A stretch of DNA of 64,000 nt from an uncultured Candidatus Saccharibacteria bacterium (GCA_964406475.1 CAYORS010000001.1:35881-99880), one strand, 5' to 3'. Positions 8,655-19,912 are shown, counted from the first letter of the stretch. Numbers and translations: made by a program. The notes: a model not told the origin generated them from the letters alone.

Positions 8655-10751
8655 ATGCAATCAAAAGAATACACATTGGATGTTGCGGGATACCCGCTTA
8701 CAGCCACATTTACTGACCTTGCCGATCAGGCACAAGGATCTGTCTTGCTCTCATATCGAGACACAACACTCCTTGCTACTGCATGTATGGGCAAGAAAGA
8801 CAAAGACAGCGACTTCTTCCCGCTTACAGTTGACCTCGAAGAGAGATTCTACGCAGCAGGCAAGATCCTCGGATCACAATTCATTCGTCGAGAAGGACGT
8901 CCATCAGATGATGCAATCCTCGCGGGTCGCGTTGTAGACCGTACTATAAGACCACTCTTTGATCAGATGATACGACGAGATATCCAAGTTGTTGTCACGA
9001 CACTAGCACTCGGAGATGCAGAGGTAGACACACTCGGTGTTATCGCGGCGTCTCTTGCGCTTGCAACAAGTAATATTCCATTTAACGGTCCTGTATCTGG
9101 AGTACATATAGGATATATCGGAGGCAAGATGGTAGTAAACCCGTCATTTGAAGATGTGAAGAACAATCCATTTTATTTTGATGTGACAGTCTGTGGTAAA
9201 GATTCAAATATCACAATGATAGAGACATCTGCAAAAGAAATCGGAAACGATGTAGCAGGCGAAGCACTCGATGTAGCAAGTAAAACAATTGAAGAAATCC
9301 AAATCTGGCAGAAAAAGATTGTTGCTGAGATTGGCAAGCCAAAGACAGTTATCGAAGTCAAGAAAGCACCAGAAGGAATTGCAGAACTCTTTGAAGAAAA
9401 AGTGGGTGCCAAGTTTTATGATGCAGTCTTTGCAGGTCCAGGTAAGGAATCAATGTATAAACTGACTGATGAATGGGTAGCGGCGTACACAGAGAAGTAC
9501 CCAGAAGAAAAAACATTCTTTGCACACCAATATATCGAAGACAAAATCAATGATCTCATTCACAAAGAAGCAATCGAAAAAGGCAAACGACCAGATGGAC
9601 GAGGAGTAGACGAAGTCCGACCACTTTTTGCAAAAGCAGGTGGGGTGTCAAAGGTGCTCCATGGATCAGGAATATTCTACCGAGGGGGGACTCATGTTTT
9701 TTCTGCAGTTACACTCGGCGCTCCTGGTGATGCTCAGACTATAGAGACAATCAAAACAAGTGGTGAGAAAAGATTTATGCACCACTACAACTTCCCACCA
9801 TACTCAGTAGGTGAGCCAGGACGAATGGGAGGACTCAATAGACGAATGGTAGGACACGGATACCTCGCAGAGAAATCTCTCGCACAAGTAATCCCATCGA
9901 AAGAAGTATTTCCATATACTATCCGTATTGTATCTGAATCTACCGCATCAAATGGTAGTACATCAATGGGATCTGTGTGTGCATCTTCACTTGCACTTAT
10001 GGATGCTGGAGTACCAATCTCAGCACCTGTAGCTGGTATTGCATCAGGACTCATGATGGAGACACCAGAGAAGTACGCACTCATCACTGATATCCAAGGA
10101 CCAGAAGATCATCACGGGGATATGGACTTCAAGGTGGCAGGAACACGAAAGGGTATCACAGGAATCCAAATGGATATCAAAGTAGATGGCATCCCAGTCA
10201 AGATTTTGAAGGAAGCACTTGTGAAAGCAGAGAAGGCTCGACTCCAGATCCTTGATGTTATTGAAAAAGAAATCTCTGCTCCTCGAGCTGATATTTCTCC
10301 TCGAGCACCAAAAATACTTTCAGCAAAAATCAAAGTCGATCAGATCGGACTTGTGATCGGTACAGGAGGCAAGACCATCAAGGAAATTATGGAAAAGACT
10401 GGTGCGCAAATCGATATCGATGATGATGGAACAGTATTCTTTACAGGCACAAACGGAAGTGCAGATGAGGCGAAGAAAATCGTCCTCGATATGACACGCG
10501 AAATCAAGATGGGGGAGAAATTCGATGCAGAGATTACAAAAGTGGTTGAGTTTGGCGCATTCGCTAGACTTGCAGGACAGACAGAAGGACTCATTCATGT
10601 ATCAGAAATTGCACCATTTAGAGTTGACCGAGTGGGAGATTATCTCAAAGAGGGAATGGTAGTACCAGTAGTGGTAAAGGGAGTAGATGAGAGAGGAAAG
10701 ATCAGTCTTTCAATCAAGCAAATTGCTCCGGAAAAATTTAAACAAAAATAG
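8655..10751 (+). CDS. pnp: Polyribonucleotide nucleotidyltransferase
   Basis: FFPLTVD, RREGRP, HYNFPPYSVGE, SNGSTSM and GDMDFKVAG motifs; KH and S1 domains. Confidence 0.97.
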   Translation: MQSKEYTLDVAGYPLTATFTDLADQAQGSVLLSYRDTTLLATACMGKKDKDSDFFPLTVDLEERFYAAGKILGSQFIRREGRPSDDAILAGRVVDRTIRPLFDQMIRRDIQVVVTTLALGDAEVDTLGVIAASLALATSNIPFNGPVSGVHIGYIGGKMVVNPSFEDVKNNPFYFDVTVCGKDSNITMIETSAKEIGNDVAGEALDVASKTIEEIQIWQKKIVAEIGKPKTVIEVKKAPEGIAELFEEKVGAKFYDAVFAGPGKESMYKLTDEWVAAYTEKYPEEKTFFAHQYIEDKINDLIHKEAIEKGKRPDGRGVDEVRPLFAKAGGVSKVLHGSGIFYRGGTHVFSAVTLGAPGDAQTIETIKTSGEKRFMHHYNFPPYSVGEPGRMGGLNRRMVGHGYLAEKSLAQVIPSKEVFPYTIRIVSESTASNGSTSMGSVCASSLALMDAGVPISAPVAGIASGLMMETPEKYALITDIQGPEDHHGDMDFKVAGTRKGITGIQMDIKVDGIPVKILKEALVKAEKARLQILDVIEKEISAPRADISPRAPKILSAKIKVDQIGLVIGTGGKTIKEIMEKTGAQIDIDDDGTVFFTGTNGSADEAKKIVLDMTREIKMGEKFDAEITKVVEFGAFARLAGQTEGLIHVSEIAPFRVDRVGDYLKEGMVVPVVVKGVDERGKISLSIKQIAPEKFKQK

Positions 10752-10791
10752 TTTTAAAAAACCACTGTATCAAACAGTGGTTTTTTAAAAC
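10751..10791. terminator. Terminator hairpin after pnp
   Basis: AAAAACCACTG/CAGTGGTTTTT inverted repeat. Confidence 0.75.
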
Positions 10792-10827
10792 TTTATACTT
10801 TTTACTTTTCACTTTATACTATATGAT

Positions 10828-11889
10828 ATGCCTCAATCATTTGAAGAAGGTGATGAAATAAAAAAACAGTATATGGAGAAAGTTCTCCAAGCTAATCAAG
10901 CAGATGCGCAAAATGCAAAGCTGACAGATCTTTTTGATAAAAACTCAATCATCTACAAAGCACAGCATCCAGAAGAAGAGGTAGAAGAGGAAATCAAAAA
11001 AGACATCCCGCCTCCACCTCCTACAACAGACAATGATGGGTACCCAAACCTCACACAAGTCCACACATTCAAAGCAGACCTTCAAGATATTGTGAGCAAA
11101 GACGACCTGTCTCTTTCTCGTATCGCAATGATGCAAGGCAAAGCCAATATTCCAACACCCATAAAAACAGAGAGAAGTCTTCAAAGTAAAATATATATTG
11201 GGGTCAGTATATTTCTTCTTTTTATTATGATTGGTATTGTGGGAGGGATTATAATGCTTTCAAATCAAAAAAATGTCGCCCCTGTACCCGTCGCACCCAA
11301 AGAACGATATATTATCTTTGCAGAGTCAAAACAAGAGATTGATATAACAAAAGTCACACGCACAGAGTTTGATGTGATTCTTACCGATGAAATCAAAAAG
11401 CTCAAAGAAGAAGACAATATAAAACAAATCATCCCTGTCATCATTGGAGATGAGGGCAAAAGAACCGCAACGCTTCAAGAATTTCTCGACAAACTCGGAA
11501 TGCACACACCCGATCAACTTGCTCGAGTGGTGGGTCAAAAATTCTTTTTTGGTCTGTATTCAAAAAAGGGAAGGACCGATCCGTTCCTTATCGCGTTCAC
11601 ATCTTCATACGATATTGCATATCCCAACCTTTTGGATTGGGAGGGGTCAATGAGTGAAGACTTCAACCCTGTGTTCCACACACAAACACGAAAAGAGGAT
11701 GGGAGTTTTGTACCTCTTGCATTCAAAGACCGCGTGATCTTTAACAAAGACGCTCGATCGCTTGAGACAACAGAGGGTCTTACATCTTTCTTCTACACCT
11801 TTCTTGATGATTACACTCTTTTGTTTTCAAAAACAAGTGACACAATGTCAAAGGTAATCACACGACTTCGAGAAGCGCAATTCCAATAA
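10828..11889 (+). CDS. Hypothetical single-pass membrane protein
   Basis: 353-aa ORF with one transmembrane segment and an external domain. Confidence 0.75.
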   Translation: MPQSFEEGDEIKKQYMEKVLQANQADAQNAKLTDLFDKNSIIYKAQHPEEEVEEEIKKDIPPPPPTTDNDGYPNLTQVHTFKADLQDIVSKDDLSLSRIAMMQGKANIPTPIKTERSLQSKIYIGVSIFLLFIMIGIVGGIIMLSNQKNVAPVPVAPKERYIIFAESKQEIDITKVTRTEFDVILTDEIKKLKEEDNIKQIIPVIIGDEGKRTATLQEFLDKLGMHTPDQLARVVGQKFFFGLYSKKGRTDPFLIAFTSSYDIAYPNLLDWEGSMSEDFNPVFHTQTRKEDGSFVPLAFKDRVIFNKDARSLETTEGLTSFFYTFLDDYTLLFSKTSDTMSKVITRLREAQFQ

Positions 11890-12024
11890 TAAAAGATTGT
11901 CTTGGGAAACACACAGTCCTTATCGGCTGTGTGTTTTTTGGATGTATATTTTTTGTTGCAATGCTAAAATAAATCTGTTTGTTTTTATTAAAGTTTTGAT
12001 TTTTAATTTTAAATTTTGATCTTT

Positions 12025-13572
12025 ATGTCTTTTTCTCAAATTTTTAGTGGACAAAGTGATTGTCTCGGTGCAACCATTGTCACCGTAGAGTCTGATATAT
12101 CTCGCGGACTCTATTCTTTTAATCTTGTAGGTCTTCCCGACAAAGCGGTCGAGGAGTCTCGCGATAGAGTAAGTAGTGCTATCAAAAACAGCGGGTTTTC
12201 ATCTCCAAAATCACAAAACCATAAAATTGTAATTTCTCTTGCTCCAGCGGATATCAAAAAAGAAGGCCCCGCCTTTGATCTGCCTATTGCACTTTCTTAT
12301 CTTCTTTCATCAGGTGAGATTGTTTTTGATACTAACAAAAAACTTTTTTTAGGTGAACTAGCCCTTTCAGGAGAAATACGCCCAGTAAACGGTGTGCTGT
12401 CTATCGTCCGAGAAGCAAAGAAAAAAGGATTTGAGGAAATTTATGTACCAAAAGATAATTCCAAAGAAGCTGCTCTTATAAAAGATATTGTGATTTATCC
12501 TGTATCTACTCTTGAAGAAATAATCAGTCACCTTGACCAAAAAGAAAGTGAAATAATAAAAACAAAAATACTTCCAAGCAAAGAAACCTCTATTGAAAAT
12601 TTTGAAACCAACGAAGAAGAGGTGGATTTTGCACACATCAAAGGCCACGAAAGTGCCAAGAGAGCACTCGAAATAGCAGCGGCAGGAGGGCATAATATTC
12701 TTATGTGGGGTCCACCAGGAACAGGGAAGACAATGCTCGCAAAAGCATTCCAAGGCATACTTCCCAATCTTTCATATGAAGACATCCTTGAAGCAACGAG
12801 CATCCACGGAAGCGTAGGTGCGCTCAAAAATACAATCATTACAAAACCTCCATTTCGATCACCACATCATACATCAAGTCATATTGCTATAGTGGGAGGT
12901 GGAGCACAACTTCGTCCAGGTGAGATTACCCTTGCACACAAAGGAGTTCTTTTCCTCGATGAGTTCCCTGAGTTTGATAGGCGTGTCATCGAATCTCTTC
13001 GTGAACCACTTGAAGAAAGAATTATTAAAGTCTCTCGTGCTAAAGGCACTGCCACATTTCCTGCAGACTTTATTCTGATTGCAGCAATGAATCCTTGTCC
13101 TTGCGGTAATTTTGGAAGTAAAAAAAGATGCACCTGTAATATTCTTGCAGTCCAAAAATATCAGCGCAAAATTTCAGGACCCATACTCGACAGAATTGAT
13201 ATTTGGATAGAAGTAGGGGAAGTCGATCATAAAACACTTAATACCAAAAAGGAAAGTGAAAATTCTGATGTGGTACGCCAACGAGTCAAAGATGCACGAC
13301 GAAGACAATACGAAAGAGCAGTCACACACAAAATGAAAACGGCACGGAACAGCGACATCAAAGCAAAATACATAAATGCAGTCGCCAATATAGAAAAAGA
13401 TGCAGAAAAAATCTTAACTGACTCAGGAGACAAGCTGGCTCTTTCTCCCCGTGCGTATCATAGAACCATTCGCCTCGCACGAACCATTGCAGATCTTGAA
13501 AAATCACAAACAATCAAAATCCCTCATATCCTTGAGGCATTACAATACAGACAAAAGAGGGAAGTTCTTTAA
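12025..13572 (+). CDS. comM: YifB/ComM Mg-chelatase-like AAA+ ATPase
   Basis: LVGLPDKAVEESRDRV, GPPGTGKT, FRSPHH, LFLDEFPEF and MNPCPCG motifs. Confidence 0.92.
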   Translation: MSFSQIFSGQSDCLGATIVTVESDISRGLYSFNLVGLPDKAVEESRDRVSSAIKNSGFSSPKSQNHKIVISLAPADIKKEGPAFDLPIALSYLLSSGEIVFDTNKKLFLGELALSGEIRPVNGVLSIVREAKKKGFEEIYVPKDNSKEAALIKDIVIYPVSTLEEIISHLDQKESEIIKTKILPSKETSIENFETNEEEVDFAHIKGHESAKRALEIAAAGGHNILMWGPPGTGKTMLAKAFQGILPNLSYEDILEATSIHGSVGALKNTIITKPPFRSPHHTSSHIAIVGGGAQLRPGEITLAHKGVLFLDEFPEFDRRVIESLREPLEERIIKVSRAKGTATFPADFILIAAMNPCPCGNFGSKKRCTCNILAVQKYQRKISGPILDRIDIWIEVGEVDHKTLNTKKESENSDVVRQRVKDARRRQYERAVTHKMKTARNSDIKAKYINAVANIEKDAEKILTDSGDKLALSPRAYHRTIRLARTIADLEKSQTIKIPHILEALQYRQKREVL

Positions 13573-13585
13573 TCTAGAAATACAC

Positions 13586-14593
13586 TTAATTAAAAGGGTT
13601 CCAGTTTCGAGTACCGAGAATTTCAAAGTGAAGATGTGAACCTGTCGAATTACCACTTGAACCCATTTTACCAATAAGATATCCTTGTGACACTTTTGAT
13701 CCTGCGGATATTTCTACAGAAGAAAGGTGGGCATAGAGAGTTTGCATCCCATTACTGTGTTCAATAACAATATAATTACCGTACCCTCCGTTCCAGCCTG
13801 ATGTTTTTGCAACAATCACCTTACCATCCGCTGCTGCATATACAGGGGTACCAATAGATGAAGCAATATCAACAGCTGTTTTATTTTTACCATGGAGTCC
13901 CTGAGTTTTTATTCCTGTTGTTGGTTTTATAAAATATCCTTTAGAAGCTACTTTACCCGTTTGTTTGACTGGTGTACTTGTTTGTGATGACGCAGTAGAT
14001 GAGTGCACTTCTCCATCAGGAATAATAATCTCATCACCCACAGAAAGACTGTAGTTTGCAGGAAGATTGTTGAAAGAAATGATTTCATCCACATCCCCAC
14101 TGTATTTTTGAGCAATACTTTTTAAAGTATCACCTTTTTTGATTGTATATTTAATACCAGAAATAGGCAAAATGATAAGTTCTTGACCTTTTTTGAGCTC
14201 TTTGGCACTTTTTAGGTCATTTGCCCACAAGACTGTATTAGGAGACACACCGAACATTGTAGCTATCTGACTTAAACTATCTCCTTCACGAACCACGTAC
14301 ACACTTACCTTGTCTTGATTAAGAATTTTCTCTTCAACTTCCCGTGTTGTACCCGCTGGTCCTGAAGGGGTCTCCAGCACACTATCATCAACAATAAAGA
14401 GATCTGTTTGTTTGGTTGGGTTCGGGTTTAGGTTGATAGCCGCTTCAAGAACCGGAGCTGTTTGCGAATTTGATGACTGGCGTTTCTCATCATTATTTGT
14501 GTCTGCAGAAACTGGTGTACTACCCAAAAAATCAGTCAAAAAAGACATAACACTAGCATTCGTTGTGGACGGCAAAAAGACGATAAAAAACAA
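13586..14593 (-). CDS. LysM-repeat M23 peptidoglycan endopeptidase
   Basis: Two LysM repeats, GGYGNYIVIEH, YAHL and STGSHLHFE; true start may lie further upstream. Confidence 0.92.
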   Translation of the reverse strand: MFFIVFLPSTTNASVMSFLTDFLGSTPVSADTNNDEKRQSSNSQTAPVLEAAINLNPNPTKQTDLFIVDDSVLETPSGPAGTTREVEEKILNQDKVSVYVVREGDSLSQIATMFGVSPNTVLWANDLKSAKELKKGQELIILPISGIKYTIKKGDTLKSIAQKYSGDVDEIISFNNLPANYSLSVGDEIIIPDGEVHSSTASSQTSTPVKQTGKVASKGYFIKPTTGIKTQGLHGKNKTAVDIASSIGTPVYAAADGKVIVAKTSGWNGGYGNYIVIEHSNGMQTLYAHLSSVEISAGSKVSQGYLIGKMGSSGNSTGSHLHFEILGTRNWNPFN

Positions 14594-14846
14594 AAGAAAA
14601 GAGCATAGCAGTGATTTTGTAGAAATATGATGCTCTTTAACTATTTTTTTTAGAGTTTTTTTACTATTTTCAAAAGAGTAAATAAGCTTAATTTAATGGT
14701 AATTCTTGGGTGTGGCCTTATTTTGCAACATAAAAATGCAAATCCTTTCCGTATACAAACCTATACTATTAATACTAGACAATAGGGGTGCAAAGTCAAC
14801 CATACATACATATACCTGTGGATAGTCGAATATGTGATATATTTTT

Positions 14847-16823
14847 ATGATGAATACACAAAACGAACCTCACTATCTGAAATCCCTAAATCCCCAGCAA
14901 AAACAAGCTGTTTTAACCACCGAAGGACCTCTCCTTATCCTTGCGGGAGCTGGAGCAGGTAAAACAAAGACTATAACCCATCGAATCTTACACCTAATAA
15001 AACAGGGAAACAGACCTTCGTCAATACTTGCAATCACATTTACCAACAAATCAGCGGGAGAAATGCGAGAACGGGTAAAGAGACTCCTCGAGGAGGACCG
15101 CGACCTCAATCAGCCCGTGAGTTTAGACGAACATCCATTTGTATCAACCTTTCACTCACTAGGAGTACACATGATCAAGGAAAATTCATCATACTTCAAT
15201 CTGCCTCGGCACTTTGGTATATTCGACAAAGGGGATTCAAAGACGGCAATCAAACACGCAATGGAGCTTTTTGGAGTCGACCCCAAGATAAACGAACCTA
15301 CCAAGTTTATGCATATGATTTCGAAGTACAAAAGTGACGGGATCACAATAGATGATTTCTTGAAGAAGGAACCGAAGGGCTATACAGAGGAGATGCTTGC
15401 AAAAGTCTGGAAAGAATACGAATACACCCTATCCAAGGAAAAGGCACTCGACTTTGATGATCTACTACTCAAGACACTCAAGCTCCTCGAAGACCCTCAA
15501 ATACTTGCCAAGTATCAAAATCGCTGGAAATACATCCATATAGATGAATATCAAGACACAAATAGAGTGCAGTACGATATCGCGAAACTCCTCGCAAGCA
15601 AAGACCATAATATCGCAGTTGTGGGTGACATCGATCAATCAATCTACTCATGGCGCGGGGCTGATTTCAAAAACATCATGCGATTTGAAAAAGATTTTAG
15701 TGGTACAACAGAAATACTTCTCGAGCAGAACTATAGGTCAACAAAAACCATTCTTTCTGTGGCAAATACAGTGATTGCCAAAAACATAATGAGAAAAGAA
15801 AAAAACCTCTTTACCCACAATGAAGATGGTGATCAAATATCGCTTTATATTGCAGGTGATGAGAAAGACGAGGCAAGCTTCATCGCTCGCACAGCAAAAA
15901 TGCTTGTCGCCCAAGGCGTCAGGCCAGGTGAGATTGCGGTGCTTTATCGTGCGAACTTCCAGTCACGAGTGATAGAAGAAGCCTGTATTAAAAAAGAATT
16001 GGCATATGAACTCATCGGCACAAAATTCTTTGAACGCAAAGAAGTAAAAGAAGTTCTCTCATATATTAGAGGAGCACTGAATCCCGATTCGCTCTCTGAT
16101 TTAAAGCGCATCATCAATGTTCCAGCACGCGGTATCGGCAAGGTCACAATGCTCAAGATTTTTGAAGGGGGAGAAAGTGAACTCACTGGAGCAGTCAAAG
16201 TAAAGATCGAAAAGTGGAGAGAGCTCCTCCAAGAAATCAAAGTCAAAGCAGAAACCGTAGTGCCAAGCGAAGTGGTAAAATACGTTATCAGGAATTCAGG
16301 ACTCGAACAGATGTATATGGAAGATAAGATAGAAGGAACAGAAAGACTCGGAAACATCAAAGAACTCGTAACTATTGCCACAGGATATGATGCTTATGAT
16401 GTAGGCGAAGGGATCGAAAAATTCCTTGAACACACAGCCCTATCAAGCGATCAAGACGAAGTTGACAAAAAAGAGGGTATAAAACTTATGACTATTCACG
16501 CATCAAAGGGTCTCGAATTTGAGTATGTATTTATAGGTGGTCTCGAACAAGGACAATTCCCAAGCGAGAGAATGGGCAAGGAAACCAAAGAAGATAGCGA
16601 GGAAGAGAGGAGACTTTTCTATGTGGCACTCACTCGAGCCAGAAAAAAGATCTATCTTTCATACACTCAGATGCGAACTATCTATGGATCAAGACAAATC
16701 AATGTCCCTTCAGAATTCCTCTCTGATATTGGTGAGGAATTCCTCCAATACGAAAACAGGGCACCAAGTGGCGAAGTAGATTGGAGTAAAGGACTTTTAC
16801 AATTTGATGATATAGAATTTTAG
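14847..16823 (+). CDS. pcrA: UvrD/PcrA ATP-dependent DNA helicase
   Basis: AGAGAGKT, DEYQDTN, VVGDIDQSIYSWRGA, TIHASKGLEF and EERRLFYVALTRA motifs. Confidence 0.95.
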   Translation: MMNTQNEPHYLKSLNPQQKQAVLTTEGPLLILAGAGAGKTKTITHRILHLIKQGNRPSSILAITFTNKSAGEMRERVKRLLEEDRDLNQPVSLDEHPFVSTFHSLGVHMIKENSSYFNLPRHFGIFDKGDSKTAIKHAMELFGVDPKINEPTKFMHMISKYKSDGITIDDFLKKEPKGYTEEMLAKVWKEYEYTLSKEKALDFDDLLLKTLKLLEDPQILAKYQNRWKYIHIDEYQDTNRVQYDIAKLLASKDHNIAVVGDIDQSIYSWRGADFKNIMRFEKDFSGTTEILLEQNYRSTKTILSVANTVIAKNIMRKEKNLFTHNEDGDQISLYIAGDEKDEASFIARTAKMLVAQGVRPGEIAVLYRANFQSRVIEEACIKKELAYELIGTKFFERKEVKEVLSYIRGALNPDSLSDLKRIINVPARGIGKVTMLKIFEGGESELTGAVKVKIEKWRELLQEIKVKAETVVPSEVVKYVIRNSGLEQMYMEDKIEGTERLGNIKELVTIATGYDAYDVGEGIEKFLEHTALSSDQDEVDKKEGIKLMTIHASKGLEFEYVFIGGLEQGQFPSERMGKETKEDSEEERRLFYVALTRARKKIYLSYTQMRTIYGSRQINVPSEFLSDIGEEFLQYENRAPSGEVDWSKGLLQFDDIEF

Positions 16824-16856
16824 CCTTTATCAAAAAACTATGATATATATTGGAAT

Positions 16857-17630
16857 ATGATTAGTCCCAAAAAATCTCTTGGTCAGAATTTTTTAACATC
16901 ACAAAAAGCTCTGTCCTCTATCATACACGCCGGAAATATATTAAAAGATGAGATTGTTCTTGAGATTGGCCCAGGTAAAGGTGCACTCACAGAAAAGCTT
17001 TTAGAAAAAGGTGCGAAAGTTATCGCCATAGAAAAAGATAGAGAGCTTATCCCAGTACTTCAAGAAAAATTTAAAGAAAAAATAACATCAAAACAACTCA
17101 CACTTATCGAAGGAGACATTCTTGAGCTTACAGTAGCGAATATATTGAAGAGTAAAAAAGTGAAAGAATACAAACTCATTGCTAATATTCCTTACTACAT
17201 AACCGGTGAAATCATCCGAAAATTTTTTGAAGAAAAATATCAACCCGTACGAATGGTTCTTCTTGTTCAAAAGGAAGTAGCAGAAAGAATAGTTGCCAAA
17301 GACAAAAAAGAAAGTATTCTTTCTATTGCTTGTAAAGCATACGGAACTCCTTACTATATTGAGACAGTAAAAAGAGGCTCTTTTAATCCAAGTCCAAATG
17401 TGGATTCAGCAATAATACTTTTTGATTGCATCAATAGAGATATTTTTGGATCTGTATCAGAAGAACTCTTTTTTAAAGTTCTCAAAACAGGTTTCGCTCA
17501 CAAACGCAAAAAACTTGGAGGCAATCTCTCTTCATTAAAAAACATACTAAAAAAACCTGTGTTTGAATTTCTAAAAGACAAAAGGCCAGAAAACCTTTGT
17601 GTAAAAGACTGGATAGATCTTATTAATTGA
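16857..17630 (+). CDS. rsmA: 16S rRNA adenine dimethyltransferase
   Basis: KKSLGQNFL, LEIGPGKG and ANIPYYIT motifs. Confidence 0.96.
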   Translation: MISPKKSLGQNFLTSQKALSSIIHAGNILKDEIVLEIGPGKGALTEKLLEKGAKVIAIEKDRELIPVLQEKFKEKITSKQLTLIEGDILELTVANILKSKKVKEYKLIANIPYYITGEIIRKFFEEKYQPVRMVLLVQKEVAERIVAKDKKESILSIACKAYGTPYYIETVKRGSFNPSPNVDSAIILFDCINRDIFGSVSEELFFKVLKTGFAHKRKKLGGNLSSLKNILKKPVFEFLKDKRPENLCVKDWIDLIN

Positions 17631-18039
17631 GAGTTGTTCCTGTTCCTGGCATTGTTCCGTATTGACCATAGTTGTATTGAATAACGTAACAACTATATGT
17701 TCCTTCAACCCAACAATGCTGTCCTGTTGGCGCATAAGTTCCGAGTTGATAAAGGCCATCACCATTGTACCACTCATAAAACTTTGAACTCATATCTTTG
17801 TAAAGAGGAAGTGTCATATTGGTACGATAATCCATAATAAAATGGGTGTTTCCTCCACAATCGCACACAGAAGAATCATAAGTAATTGTATGCATTCCAC
17901 CAAAAGGAGTTTCTACTGCACTTTCTACCGCTTTATTATAATCAATAGATATAACCAATACTGCAAAAAAAATAACAACGGTTATTGAAAAAAAATAACG
18001 TTTAATCATAAAATTATTGTAAATCCTTGTAAATATCAA
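17623..18039 (-). CDS. Exported Cys/Tyr-rich hypothetical protein
   Basis: N-terminal hydrophobic segment, PFGG...CDC, four Cys. Confidence 0.7.
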   Translation of the reverse strand: MIFTRIYNNFMIKRYFFSITVVIFFAVLVISIDYNKAVESAVETPFGGMHTITYDSSVCDCGGNTHFIMDYRTNMTLPLYKDMSSKFYEWYNGDGLYQLGTYAPTGQHCWVEGTYSCYVIQYNYGQYGTMPGTGTTLN

Positions 18040-18862
18040 TATTGATTATTGCATCATTACTCCTACCCGCATCATTTTCAACATGAACCACTGTCGACAC
18101 AAGCATTTGACGATCAGTTGTTGATGAAATAACCTGACCATTACTTTGTTTAAAATTTTGTACAATATTGTTGATAATTTTTTCATGGAGTTCAGAAGGA
18201 ATATTCTCTAGGTTCTGTCTCAAACTATCCATCACTGTTTTGCCTAAATCAGTATTAATAGGGAGTGTGATTTCTGTTCCTGATGCAGTAGAAGAAATAC
18301 TTGCATACTTACCCAACGGTTCAATAGACAGAAAAACAGTGTTTGAAGCAGAAAATCCACTTCCTTTTATAGTCAAAATACCCCCATCCTTAAGTATTAC
18401 TGGGGAAATACTTCTAATAAAAGGAGTCGGCTCATTTGTTATTGTGTTATTTTTTTTATTAAAAAAATCCAAGATGGGATTGCTTTGTGCCGGAGCAGGA
18501 GACGCCGCTTGATTGTCTCGTGCTTTAATGAGGCTATTTATTTTGGCTCGCGTGAGAGATCCTACAAACCCAGAAGGAGAGGTGAGTTTAGCGGGAGTAA
18601 GAATGTCTGCAGCATATTTTGATTGGAATTTCATAACTGCGCTTTTGGTTTTTTGACCAAAAAAGTTTGTCTCAGAACCAGAAGAGCCGTTACCGGATTC
18701 GCTTACACGCGTATCAGGAAAACTATTAAGAAATTTTTGCAAAATAATTACTTCAGAATCTTGCGAACCGAGTTTTAAATCTTTGGTAAGAAGTGTCGAA
18801 GCATACGCATTAGATGCAAAAAACAAAACAAAAACAAAAAAAAGATATTTTTTAGTTGTCAT
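18014..18862 (-). CDS. Peptidoglycan-binding domain protein with an IPT/TIG-like domain
   Basis: Signal peptide; LKLGSQDSEVIILQKFLN...FGQKTKSAVMKFQ...GFVGSLTRAKIN; ISP...LTIKGSGF. Confidence 0.85.
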   Translation of the reverse strand: MTTKKYLFFVFVLFFASNAYASTLLTKDLKLGSQDSEVIILQKFLNSFPDTRVSESGNGSSGSETNFFGQKTKSAVMKFQSKYAADILTPAKLTSPSGFVGSLTRAKINSLIKARDNQAASPAPAQSNPILDFFNKKNNTITNEPTPFIRSISPVILKDGGILTIKGSGFSASNTVFLSIEPLGKYASISSTASGTEITLPINTDLGKTVMDSLRQNLENIPSELHEKIINNIVQNFKQSNGQVISSTTDRQMLVSTVVHVENDAGRSNDAIINIDIYKDLQ

Positions 18863-18962
18863 AATTTTATTGTGTAAAATGATTATATATATTATATAGT
18901 ACCATAAAAAATATACACAGATTTTTATATTATTTTTTTATACTTAATGTATAATAAGAATA

Positions 18963-19910
18963 ATGAGTAAGCATACTCCAACAAGAAAAATTGGCTTTCT
19001 TGCTATTTGTGCATTTCTTGTCGTGGGGGCTATTATTGTTCAAAAATATAATTTTTTTAAACAAATCATACCCGCATCTCCAACTATCGTACTTAACCCT
19101 ATTGATGTTGTTGAAGAACCACAAAATGTCAACGTGTCGGGAATGGATACAGACGGAGATGGTCTACCTGATTGGCAAGAAATCATAAGTGGTACGGACA
19201 TCAAAAACGCAGATACTGATGGTGATGGGACTCCAGACGGCAAAGAAATTGAACTTGGAAGAGATCCTCTTGTCAAAGGGCCTAATGACCAGAACAATAC
19301 CAAAGCAACCACCACAGATGAAAAGGCAAAAACAATATCCCAAAGTGTCGCTCGAAACCTCTTTGCAAATGCGGTTTATCTCAGTAACACCGGATCAGTC
19401 AATGAGGAGAACAAAGCAGCACTTGTCGACAATTTGGTATCAGGCATACAAAACTCATTTACATATAATCAATATGATGCCCAAAAACTCCTTCTTATCA
19501 CAAACGAAAACGAAGAAACCTACAAATTCTATTCTTCTTCTTTTGCAACACTTCAAATAAGTATGCTTCTTCGAATGCAAAAAGAAGTAAACAAGCCAGA
19601 TTTTACCATTGGCAATTTGAGTCCTATCTACAAAAATCAGGCAGAAACCCTTTTTGCACTCAGAGTCCCAAAAGAACTTTTTGATATTCATCTGCAAATA
19701 GTGAATAATTACAGTAAGGCTGCAGCTGTATTTGAAGCAATCAGCAAAGAAAAAGAAGATCCTTTAAAACTTCCTTTTGCAATTAAGGTATACCAAGATA
19801 TTATGCTTGAGCAACCGTTTCTTATACGAAAGGTTGCACAATTCGTCAAAGATAATGGTATAATTTTTACAAGTAACGAAGTGGGAGGATATTGGAATGC
19901 TTTTGAATAA
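18963..19910 (+). CDS. Membrane-anchored protein with DxDGDG Ca-binding (TSP3-like) repeats
   Basis: DTDGDGLPD and DTDGDGTPDG motifs. Confidence 0.8.
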   Translation: MSKHTPTRKIGFLAICAFLVVGAIIVQKYNFFKQIIPASPTIVLNPIDVVEEPQNVNVSGMDTDGDGLPDWQEIISGTDIKNADTDGDGTPDGKEIELGRDPLVKGPNDQNNTKATTTDEKAKTISQSVARNLFANAVYLSNTGSVNEENKAALVDNLVSGIQNSFTYNQYDAQKLLLITNENEETYKFYSSSFATLQISMLLRMQKEVNKPDFTIGNLSPIYKNQAETLFALRVPKELFDIHLQIVNNYSKAAAVFEAISKEKEDPLKLPFAIKVYQDIMLEQPFLIRKVAQFVKDNGIIFTSNEVGGYWNAFE

Positions 19911-19912
19911 CA

